A stretch of DNA of 6,794 nucleotides from a virus (lineage: Duplodnaviria > Heunggongvirae > Uroviricota > Caudoviricetes), in IMG/VR virus record IMGVR_UViG_2657245124_000002, positions 1 through 6,794 of that record; one strand, written 5' to 3'. Of this stretch, positions 1 through 6,794 are shown piece after piece; the first letter of the stretch is position 1; the number at the start of each line of letters is the position of its first letter. Made by a program: the position numbers and the translations under genes. A model generated the notes under the pieces. It was given only the letters and a program-made list of their open reading frames with translations, made no database searches and had not been told where the DNA came from.

Positions 1-2907
1 CAGCTGCAGAACAAAACGCTCTGGTCGTCATACACCGAAATCATCGATGTGAAACAGTGCTACCCGAACACGGCACTGGTCGGCGTACAGGTGGATTCGG
101 AGCAGTTCGGCAGCCAGCAGGTGAGCCGTAATTATCATCTGCGCGGGCGCATTCTGCAGGTGCCGTCGAACTATAACCCGCAGACGCGGCAATACAGCGG
201 TATCTGGGACGGAACGTTAAAACCGGCATACAGCAACAACATGGCCTGGTGTCTGTGGGATATGCTGACCCACCCGCGCTACGGCATGGGGAAACGTCTT
301 GGTGCGGCAGATGTGGATAAATGGGCGCTGTATGTCATCGGCCAGTACTGCGACCAGTCGGTGCCGGACGGTTTTGGCGGTACGGAGCCGCGCATCACCT
401 GTAATGCCTGGCTGGCCACACAACGTAAGGCGTGGGATGTGCTCAGTGATTTCTGCTCGGCGATGCGCTGTATGCCGGTATGGAACGGGCAGACGCTGAC
501 GTTCGTGCAGGACCGGCCGTCGGATAAGGTGTGGACCTATAACCGCAGTAATGTGGTGATGCCGGATGATGGCGCGCCGTTCCGCTACAGTTTCAGCGCC
601 CTGAAGGACCGCCATAATGCCGTTGAGGTGAACTGGATTGACCCGGATAACGGCTGGGAAACGGCAACAGAGCTTGTGGAGGACACGCAGGCCATTGCCC
701 GTTACGGTCGTAACGTCACGAAGATGGATGCCTTTGGCTGTACCAGTCGGGGGCAGGCACACCGCGCCGGGCTGTGGCTGATTAAAACAGAACTGCTGGA
801 AACGCAGACCGTGGATTTCAGCGTCGGCGCAGAAGGGCTTCGCCATGTACCGGGCGATGTTATTGAAATCTGTGATGATGACTATGCCGGTATCAGCACC
901 GGTGGTCGTGTGCTGGCGGTGAACAGCCAGACCCGGACGCTGACGCTCGACCGTGAAATCACGCTGCCATCCTCCGGTACCACGCTGATAAGCCTGGTTG
1001 ACGGAAGTGGCAATCCGGTCAGCGTGGAGGTTCAGTCCGTCACCGACGGCGTGAAGGTAAAAGTGAGCCGTGTTCCTGACGGCGTTGCTGAATACAGCGT
1101 ATGGGGGCTGAAGCTGCCGACGTTGCGCCAGCGCCTGTTCCGCTGCGTGAGTATCCGTGAGAACGATGACGGCACGTATGCCATCACCGCCGTGCAGCAT
1201 GTACCGGAAAAAGAGGCCATCGTGGATAACGGGGCGCACTTTGACGGCGAACAGAGTGGCACGGTGAATGGTGTCACGCCGCCAGCGGTGCAGCACCTGA
1301 CCGCCGAAGTCACCGCAGACAGCGGGGAATATCAGGTGCTGGCCCGCTGGGACACGCCGAAGGTGGTGAAGGGGGTGAGTTTCATGCTTCGCCTGACCGT
1401 GGCAGCGGATGACGGCAGTGAGCGGCTGGTCAGCACGGCCCGGACGACAGAAACCACATACCGCTTCAGGCAGCTGGCGCTGGGGAACTACAGGCTGACA
1501 GTCCGGGCGGTAAATGCGTGGGGGCAGCAGGGCGATCCGGCATCGGTATCGTTCCGGATTGCCGCACCTGCAGTGCCGTCGCGGATTGAGCTGACGCCGG
1601 GCTATTTTCAGATAACCGCCACGCCGTATCTTGCCGTTTATGATCCGACGGTACAGTTTGAGTTCTGGTTCTCGGAAAAACGGATTGCGGATATCAGGCA
1701 GGTTGAAACCACAGCCCGCTATCTTGGTACGGCGCTGTACTGGATAGCCGCCAGTATCAATATTAAGCCGGGCCATGATTATTATTTTTACGTTCGCAGT
1801 GTGAACACAGTCGGCAAATCGGCATTCGTGGAGGCTGTCGGTCGGGCGAGCGATGATGCGGAAGGTTACCTGGATTTTTTCAAAGGAGAAATCGGGAAAA
1901 CACATCTGGCCCAGGAGCTGTGGACGCAGATTGATAACGGTCAGCTTGCGCCGGACCTGGCTGAAATCAGGACGTCCATTACGAATGTCAGCAATGAAAT
2001 CACGCAGACCGTCAATAAAAAACTGGAAGACCAGAGTGCGGCAATCCAGCAGATACAGAAAGTTCAGGTTGATACAAATAATAACCTGAACAGCATGTGG
2101 GCCGTGAAACTGCAGCAGATGAAGGACGGACGCCTTTATATTGCGGGTATCGGAGCCGGTATTGGGAATACGCCAGCAGGTATGCAGAGTCAGGTGCTTC
2201 TGGCTGCTGACCGGATTGCGATGATTAATCCTGCGAATGGCAACACAAAGCCGATGTTTGTTGGTCAGGGCGATCAGATATTCATGAACGACGTGTTCCT
2301 GAAACGCCTGACAGCTCCGACCATTACCAGCGGCGGTAATCCTCCGGCATTTTCCCTGACACCGGACGGGCGGCTGACGGCGAAAAATGCCGATATCAGC
2401 GGTAACGTGAATGCGAACTCCGGGACGCTCAACAACGTCACGATTAACGAGAACTGTCGGGTTCTGGGAAAATTGTCCGCCAACCAGATTGAAGGCGATC
2501 TCGTTAAAACAGTGGGCAAAGCTTTCCCCCGGGACTCCCGTGCACCGGAGCGGTGGCCATCAGGGACCATTACCGTCAGGGTTTATGACGATCAGCCGTT
2601 TGACCGGCAGATTGTTATTCCGGCGGTGGCATTCAGCGGCGCTAAACATGAGAAAGAGCATACTGATATTTACTCCTCATGCCGTCTGATAGTGCGGAAA
2701 AACGGTGCTGAAATTTATAACCGTACCGCGCTGGATAATACGCTGATTTACAGTGGTGTTATTGATATGCCTGCCGGTCACGGTCACATGACGCTGGAGT
2801 TTTCGGTGTCAGCATGGCTGGTGAATAACTGGTATCCCACAGCAAGTATCAGCGATTTGCTGGTTGTGGTGATGAAGAAAGCCACCGCAGGCATCAGTAT
2901 CAGCTGA
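1..2907 (+). CDS. J: Phage tail-tip host-specificity protein J (lambda gpJ-like central fibre), 5'-partial; the gene begins upstream of the window
   Basis: Frame 1 is open from nt 1 to the TGA at 2905-2907. The translation matches lambda gpJ as recalled, e.g. [59 protein letters not shown]. Two fibronectin-III-like repeats lie at about aa 420-600 of the in-window product. The GTG at 49 used by the ORF track is internal, not the true start. Confidence 0.95.
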   Translation, partial: QLQNKTLWSSYTEIIDVKQCYPNTALVGVQVDSEQFGSQQVSRNYHLRGRILQVPSNYNPQTRQYSGIWDGTLKPAYSNNMAWCLWDMLTHPRYGMGKRLGAADVDKWALYVIGQYCDQSVPDGFGGTEPRITCNAWLATQRKAWDVLSDFCSAMRCMPVWNGQTLTFVQDRPSDKVWTYNRSNVVMPDDGAPFRYSFSALKDRHNAVEVNWIDPDNGWETATELVEDTQAIARYGRNVTKMDAFGCTSRGQAHRAGLWLIKTELLETQTVDFSVGAEGLRHVPGDVIEICDDDYAGISTGGRVLAVNSQTRTLTLDREITLPSSGTTLISLVDGSGNPVSVEVQSVTDGVKVKVSRVPDGVAEYSVWGLKLPTLRQRLFRCVSIRENDDGTYAITAVQHVPEKEAIVDNGAHFDGEQSGTVNGVTPPAVQHLTAEVTADSGEYQVLARWDTPKVVKGVSFMLRLTVAADDGSERLVSTARTTETTYRFRQLALGNYRLTVRAVNAWGQQGDPASVSFRIAAPAVPSRIELTPGYFQITATPYLAVYDPTVQFEFWFSEKRIADIRQVETTARYLGTALYWIAASINIKPGHDYYFYVRSVNTVGKSAFVEAVGRASDDAEGYLDFFKGEIGKTHLAQELWTQIDNGQLAPDLAEIRTSITNVSNEITQTVNKKLEDQSAAIQQIQKVQVDTNNNLNSMWAVKLQQMKDGRLYIAGIGAGIGNTPAGMQSQVLLAADRIAMINPANGNTKPMFVGQGDQIFMNDVFLKRLTAPTITSGGNPPAFSLTPDGRLTAKNADISGNVNANSGTLNNVTINENCRVLGKLSANQIEGDLVKTVGKAFPRDSRAPERWPSGTITVRVYDDQPFDRQIVIPAVAFSGAKHEKEHTDIYSSCRLIVRKNGAEIYNRTALDNTLIYSGVIDMPAGHGHMTLEFSVSAWLVNNWYPTASISDLLVVVMKKATAGISIS

Positions 2908-2925
2908 ATTTTATAACCCATATAC

Positions 2926-2952
2926 GGGCGCCAGAAATGGCGCCTTTTTTAT
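2926..2952 (+). terminator. Rho-independent terminator downstream of J (tJ-like)
   Basis: GGCGCC (2927-2932), loop AGAAAT, GGCGCC (2939-2944), then a T6 tract (2945-2950), 19 nt after the J stop. Confidence 0.7.
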
Positions 2953-2974
2953 TGCAGAAAAGCGAGAGGTAATT

Positions 2975-3406
2975 ATGCGTAAAGTTTGTGCAGCCATTTT
3001 GTCCGCAGTCATCTGTCAGTCCGTATCCGGTGCGCCTGCATGGGCGTCTGAATATCAGTCCACACTGAGCGCGGGGTATCTTCATGCCCGTACGAACGCT
3101 CCCGGCAGCGATAATCTGAACGGGATTAACGTGAAATACCGTTATGAGTTTACGGACGCGCTGGGGCTGATTACGTCCTTCAGTTATGCCAATGCTGAGG
3201 ATGAGCAAAAAACGCACTACAGCGATACCCGCTGGCATGAAGATTCCGTGCGTAACCGCTGGTTCAGCGTGATGGCGGGGCCGTCTGTACGCGTGAATGA
3301 ATGGTTCAGCGCGTATGCGATGGTGGGTGTGGCTTACAGCCGTGTGTCGACTTTCTCCGGGGATTATCTCCGCGTAACTATACAGCAAATAAACCAACAG
3401 GCCTGA
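2975..3406 (+). CDS. lom: Lom-family outer membrane beta-barrel protein (Ail/OmpX/PagC family), C-terminally truncated; probable pseudogene
   Basis: GAGAGG Shine-Dalgarno 6-11 nt upstream of the ATG at 2975. N-terminal signal peptide MRKVCAAILSAVICQSVSGAPAWA. Lom-like sequence runs to about ...[11 protein letters not shown] (near nt 3379), then 8 unrelated codons and a stop. The product is 143 aa against roughly 206 aa for lambda Lom (from memory). Confidence 0.8.
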   Translation: MRKVCAAILSAVICQSVSGAPAWASEYQSTLSAGYLHARTNAPGSDNLNGINVKYRYEFTDALGLITSFSYANAEDEQKTHYSDTRWHEDSVRNRWFSVMAGPSVRVNEWFSAYAMVGVAYSRVSTFSGDYLRVTIQQINQQA

Positions 3407-3927
3407 CAGATGGAACTGTATATGTAATTTACAGTTCGCACATTAAACCGACTGCTGCTGATGTTGGGGCGTTGTCATTATCTGGAGGTCAACTGAATGG
3501 TGCACTGGGTATCGGAACATCCAGTGCTCTTGGCGGTAATTCGATTGTATTGGGTGATAATGACACGGGCTTTAAACAAAATGGCGATGGTAATCTGGAT
3601 GTTTATGCTAATAACGTCCATGTTATGCGCTTTGTTTCCGGCGGCATTCAAAGTAATAAAACCATAAATATTACAGGGCGTGTTAACCCCTCGGATTACG
3701 GTAACTTTGATTCCCGTTATGTGAAAGATGTTCGACTTGGTTCACAGCAATATTATGGAGTGAACAACTGGCAAACATGGAATTTCCAGTGCCCTTCAGG
3801 TCATGTATTATCTGGTATTAATGTTCAGGATACAGGGTCTAACTCTGCCGATAATATAGCGGGCGTTTATTACAGACCCGTTCAAAAGTATATAAATGGC
3901 ACCTGGTATAATGTAGCGAGCGTTTAA
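3301..3927 (+). CDS. Side tail fibre C-terminal (receptor-binding) segment, copy 1; 5'-truncated fragment with fibre homology only from about nt 3380
   Basis: The translation from about 3380 ([63 protein letters not shown]...[11 protein letters not shown]) is paralogous to the minus-strand fibre segment at 5021-5950. The first 25 codons of the track ORF are lom DNA read out of frame, there is no Shine-Dalgarno at the ATG at 3301, and the TAA stop (3925-3927) sits 1 nt before the tfa ATG. Confidence 0.7.
   Translation: MVQRVCDGGCGLQPCVDFLRGLSPRNYTANKPTGLTDGTVYVIYSSHIKPTAADVGALSLSGGQLNGALGIGTSSALGGNSIVLGDNDTGFKQNGDGNLDVYANNVHVMRFVSGGIQSNKTINITGRVNPSDYGNFDSRYVKDVRLGSQQYYGVNNWQTWNFQCPSGHVLSGINVQDTGSNSADNIAGVYYRPVQKYINGTWYNVASV
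3478..3740 (+). repeat. Left arm of a 263-bp inverted repeat inside the two tail-fibre variable segments
   Basis: Compared by eye with the reverse complement of 5187-5449: about 10 mismatches in 263 bp (about 96%), with a perfect run of roughly 110 bp at 3478-3586. Confidence 0.85.
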
Positions 3928-3928
3928 T

Positions 3929-4456
3929 ATGATGCACTTAAAGAACATAAAAGCGGGTAATGCTAAAACACTGGAACAGTATGAGTTAACAAAGAAACAC
4001 GGAGTTATCTGGCTTTACTCTGAGGACGGAAAAAACTGGTATGAGGAAGTGAAAAACTTTCAGCCAGACACCATAAAGATTGTTTACGATGAAAATAATA
4101 TTATTGTCGCCATCACCAGAGATGCCTCCACGCTTAATCCCGAAGGTTTTAGCGTCGTCGAGGTTCCCGATATAACGGCCAATCGTCGGACCGATGATTC
4201 CGGTAAGTGGATGTTTAAGGACGGAGCTGTGGTTAAACGGATTTATACGGCTGACGAACAGCAACAACAGGCCGAATCACAAAAGGCCGCATTGCTTTCC
4301 GAAGCTGAATCAGTCATCCAGCCGCTGGAACGCGCTGTCAGGCTGAATATGGCAACAGACGAGGAACGCACACGACTGGAAGCATGGGAACGCTACAGTG
4401 TTCTGGTCAGCCGTGTGGATACGGCAAATCCTGAATGGCCACAAAAGCCTGAATAA
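3929..4456 (+). CDS. tfa: Tail fibre assembly protein (Tfa / Mu U-like chaperone), cognate to fibre copy 1
   Basis: 175-aa ORF starting 1 nt after the fibre stop. The N-terminus [40 protein letters not shown] is typical of Tfa chaperones, and the protein is a paralogue of the 4485-5018 product. Confidence 0.85.
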   Translation: MMHLKNIKAGNAKTLEQYELTKKHGVIWLYSEDGKNWYEEVKNFQPDTIKIVYDENNIIVAITRDASTLNPEGFSVVEVPDITANRRTDDSGKWMFKDGAVVKRIYTADEQQQQAESQKAALLSEAESVIQPLERAVRLNMATDEERTRLEAWERYSVLVSRVDTANPEWPQKPE

Positions 4457-4461
4457 AAATT

Positions 4462-4481
4462 AAGGCCCGATAGCGGGCCTT
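4462..4481. terminator. Hairpin between the convergent tfa genes; candidate bidirectional terminator
   Basis: Perfect 8-bp stem AAGGCCCG (4462-4469) / CGGGCCTT (4474-4481) with loop ATAG. An A-rich tract to its left gives a U-tract for minus-strand transcripts; the plus-strand T tract is weak. Confidence 0.5.
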
Positions 4482-4484
4482 CTC

Positions 4485-5018
4485 TCATTCTGGTTGTTCT
4501 GGAAACGTTACTGGCAGGCTGGAGGTGTCTGTGGATTCAACCTTCTGCGCATAGAGCATCCACTCGGTTAATTTTTGTTTATTCTCATCGGAAATGATGC
4601 CCAGCCGTAGCTGAGAGTCCCACAGCTGGGTTTTATCCCTGACGAGCTGCAGCAGGCTCTGCTTTTCATTTTCCGCTTGTTGCCTTTGCTCTTCCTCGGT
4701 ATAAGTTCGCTTTATCACCGCACCATCTTTGAACATCCAGTTGCCCGAAATATCAGCCCGGCGATTTGCTGTAATATCAGGCAACTCAACGACACTTAAA
4801 CCTTCTGGATTAATTGCTGATACATCCTTGTCTATAGCAATAATTATTCCCTCAACTGTGTAAGCCAGTTTTATTGTATCCTCCTGAAAGTTTTTTAATT
4901 CCTCATACCAATTTTTTCCATCTTCGGACCATAACCAGATAACATCAAAATTCTTTGTTAGCTGGTATTGTTCAACGGTTTTTGGATTACCTGCGACAAT
5001 GTTTTTTAAATGCTGCAT
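4485..5018 (-). CDS. tfa: Tail fibre assembly protein (Tfa / Mu U'-like chaperone), cognate to fibre copy 2
   Basis: 177-aa ORF with ATG at 5018-5016, 2 nt after the stop of the minus-strand fibre segment and preceded by an AGGT Shine-Dalgarno. N-terminus [40 protein letters not shown]. Confidence 0.85.
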   Translation of the reverse strand: MQHLKNIVAGNPKTVEQYQLTKNFDVIWLWSEDGKNWYEELKNFQEDTIKLAYTVEGIIIAIDKDVSAINPEGLSVVELPDITANRRADISGNWMFKDGAVIKRTYTEEEQRQQAENEKQSLLQLVRDKTQLWDSQLRLGIISDENKQKLTEWMLYAQKVESTDTSSLPVTFPEQPE

Positions 5019-5020
5019 GA

Positions 5021-5950
5021 TTATACCTGCGATACGTTATACCATGTTCCGTTAATTAACTTTTGTATTGGTCTGAATACTGCCGGATCATCACCATCGA
5101 CTTCACCGATAATACCAAGCCCCGTGATTACATGGCCTGATTTTTCATACATCACGCCTTTCTTCATGGTCTGAACAACTCGTGTGCCAAGTCTGACATC
5201 TCTCACATAGCGGGAATCAAAGTTACCGTAATCCGAGGGATTAACACGTCCCGTAATATTTATGGTTTTATTACTTTGAATGCTTCCGGAGACAAAGCGC
5301 ATAACATGGACGTTATTAGCATAAACATCCAGATTACCATCGCCATTTTGTTTAAAGCCCGTGTCATTATCACCCAATACAATCGAATTACCGCCAAGAG
5401 CACTGGATGTTCCGATACCCAGTGCACCATTCAGTTGACCTCCAGATAACGGCAGTGCACCAACATCTCCTGCTGAAGGTTTTCTGGTGGTGGTGTAAAA
5501 TTCGGACCAGTCGGCTTCAAAACCATAACCATCACGGGCTGAACGATAAAAAATACCGCCATTTTTATAATTAATCCGAAACTGAGCTGCAGGACAACTT
5601 CCTTCTCCCATATAAAAATGAATAATTAACGTTGATGCACCACTAATAGTTGCGTTATAGGCTCCGCTACTCCAGTTCCATCCAACTGCTTTATCATTCT
5701 CAACGGTGCTTCCTGTTTTCCCTAAGGCAAACGCACCAACATGACTTGCTTTTAATGTGATATCGGAGGAACCATCAAAAGCCACATTGCTTATTTTCCT
5801 GGCAGTTTTTAATTTTGCAGCTGTAGAAGCATTGCCGGATAGTTCACCAGAAAGGCCACCGCTGAATGTTTGTCGATTAGTCCAGGTATTCGCTGTACTG
5901 AGTAACGGTATTTTCTCCCCGCTTGTGCCGAGTTCTCGTAAACCGAGGTT
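5021..5950 (-). CDS. Side tail fibre variable C-terminal segment, copy 2 (silent-orientation copy with no start codon of its own; the track calls 5021-5785 from an internal GTG)
   Basis: The minus-strand frame is open from 5950 to the TAA at 5023-5021 (translated by hand: [66 protein letters not shown]...). An in-frame TAA lies immediately outside the crossover site (5953-5951), as expected for a segment that is expressed only after inversion fuses it to a constant fibre N-terminus. Confidence 0.8.
   Translation of the reverse strand, partial: NLGLRELGTSGEKIPLLSTANTWTNRQTFSGGLSGELSGNASTAAKLKTARKISNVAFDGSSDITLKASHVGAFALGKTGSTVENDKAVGWNWSSGAYNATISGASTLIIHFYMGEGSCPAAQFRINYKNGGIFYRSARDGYGFEADWSEFYTTTRKPSAGDVGALPLSGGQLNGALGIGTSSALGGNSIVLGDNDTGFKQNGDGNLDVYANNVHVMRFVSGSIQSNKTINITGRVNPSDYGNFDSRYVRDVRLGTRVVQTMKKGVMYEKSGHVITGLGIIGEVDGDDPAVFRPIQKLINGTWYNVSQV
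5187..5449 (-). repeat. Right arm of the 263-bp inverted repeat (partner of 3478-3740)
   Basis: The reverse complement of 5187-5449 aligns base for base with 3478-3740. Both arms encode [81 protein letters not shown]. Confidence 0.85.
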
Positions 5951-5958
5951 TTAGATAA
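5933..5958. other. Site-specific inversion crossover site (hix/gix/pix-like, 26 bp)
   Basis: TTCTCGTAAACC-GA-GGTTTTAGATAA: two imperfect inverted 12-bp half-sites around a 2-bp core. The right half reads TTATCTAAAACC on the other strand, close to the recalled TTATCAAAAACC half-site consensus. It sits 55 bp upstream of the invertase start and inside the fibre copy 2 reading frame. Confidence 0.65.
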
Positions 5959-6012
5959 TGGCGGTTTCTGGCCTGCATGGAATGATTTGTGCTTTTGGAC
6001 GGGAGATTCAGC

Positions 6013-6279
6013 GTGCTGATTGGCTATGTAAGGGTATCAACAAATGACCAGAATACAGATCTGCAACGAAACGCTCTTGTTTGTGCAGGATATGAACAAA
6101 TATTTGAAGATAAATTAAGCGGAACAAGGACAGGCCGACCTGGATTAAAATGTGCTTTAAAGCGCCTTCAAAAAGGTGACGCACTGGTTGTCTGAAAACT
6201 GGACTGACTGGGTCACTGTATGCGGCATCTTGTCGTGCTGGTGGTGGAAGCCTAGAAAAAGTATCGGGTGTTGCTGAAC
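6013..6279 (+). pseudogene. pin: Serine DNA invertase of the Pin/Gin/Cin/Hin family, inactivated by in-frame stops and truncated by an IS insertion
   Basis: GGGAGA Shine-Dalgarno, then GTG at 6013. The product VLIGYVRVSTNDQNTDLQRNALVCAGYEQIFEDKLSGTRTGRPGLKCALKRLQKGDALVV carries the resolvase-type catalytic N-terminus. The frame hits TGA at 6193-6195, TGA at 6205-6207 and TAG at 6253-6255, while homology continues between them (KLD*LGHCMRHLVVLVVEA*). Homology ends at the IS boundary at 6280. Confidence 0.85.

Positions 6280-6794
<515 letters not shown>

Noticed and set aside
217-1905. 562-aa ORF on the minus strand, antisense to J
   Set aside because: It overlaps J entirely. J has strong homology and coherent domain structure on the plus strand, whereas this translation is Arg/Pro/Gly-rich low-complexity sequence typical of a shadow frame in GC-rich coding DNA.
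41-2689. Small ORFs nested in J (41-229 -, 299-499 +, 1032-1313 -, 1853-2089 +, 2274-2570 -, 2411-2689 +)
   Set aside because: All lie inside the J reading frame in alternative frames, with no recognisable motifs and biased Arg/Ser/Thr composition. Treated as chance ORFs.
2900-3397. 165-aa ORF on the minus strand, antisense to lom
   Set aside because: It fully overlaps the lom coding region, which has a signal peptide and family similarity on the plus strand. There is no Shine-Dalgarno or homology to support it.
3301-3406. Programmed frameshift fusing the Lom N-terminus to the fibre fragment across the 106-nt out-of-frame overlap
   Set aside because: No slippery heptamer (X XXY YYZ) or downstream structure is visible in the overlap. 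An accidental overlap created by deletion is the simpler explanation.
3380-3440. A second, left-hand crossover site at the lom/fibre junction
   Set aside because: Looked for the inverted partner of the 5933-5958 site by eye and found only AAATAAACCAACAGG, which has no dyad and is a poor match. A systematic search allowing mismatches is still needed.
3986-4267. 93-aa ORF on the minus strand inside the plus-strand tfa
   Set aside because: Antisense to a well-supported tfa gene with no independent evidence.
3380-5950. Diversity-generating retroelement (template repeat / variable repeat) as the explanation for the repeated fibre block
   Set aside because: No reverse transcriptase ORF is present. 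The repeats are inverted rather than direct, and the roughly 10 mismatches are a mix of transitions and transversions, not adenine-specific.
5757-5954. 65-aa plus-strand ORF overlapping the N-terminus of fibre copy 2 and the crossover site
   Set aside because: It lies in the wrong frame and strand relative to the fibre homology. The 6-nt overlap with a minus-strand CDS is explained by the crossover site lying in the minus-strand frame.
5989-6012. Upstream GTG at 5989 as the invertase start (the track ORF 5989-6195)
   Set aside because: Family members begin at the equivalent of LIGYVRVST. The GTG at 6013 has a GGGAGA Shine-Dalgarno 6 nt upstream, and the 8 extra N-terminal residues have no homology. 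Either way the gene is a pseudogene.

Overview
This window is the tail-distal end of a lambdoid (lambda-like) prophage late region, and its tail-fibre host-range switch looks decayed rather than novel. All assignments rest on reading the six-frame translations and on recalled protein families; no database search was run.

Layout, left to right:
- 1-2907 (+): the 3' part of the tail-tip host-specificity gene J, running off the window start.
- 2926-2952: a rho-independent terminator after J.
- 2975-3406 (+): a C-terminally truncated lom (143 aa).
- 3380-5958: an e14 / Mu G-segment / P1 C-segment type invertible tail-fibre module. It holds two alternative side-tail-fibre C-terminal segments, each followed by its own tail-fibre assembly (tfa) gene, on opposite strands and convergent on a shared hairpin.
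- 5933-5958: a single hix/gix-like crossover site.
- 6013-6279 (+): a Pin/Gin/Cin/Hin-family serine invertase gene that is a pseudogene with three in-frame stops.
- 6280-6794: an IS3-family element (IS629/IS1203-like) that cuts the invertase gene and runs off the window end.

The switch appears fossilised. The plus-strand fibre segment is fused out of frame to the middle of lom, which implies a deletion that removed the lom 3' end, the constant N-terminal part of stf and the left crossover site. A 263-bp inverted repeat of about 96% identity inside the two fibre segments brackets the variable tips and tfa genes and is the most interesting remaining structure. I saw no tRNA, rRNA or CRISPR array.
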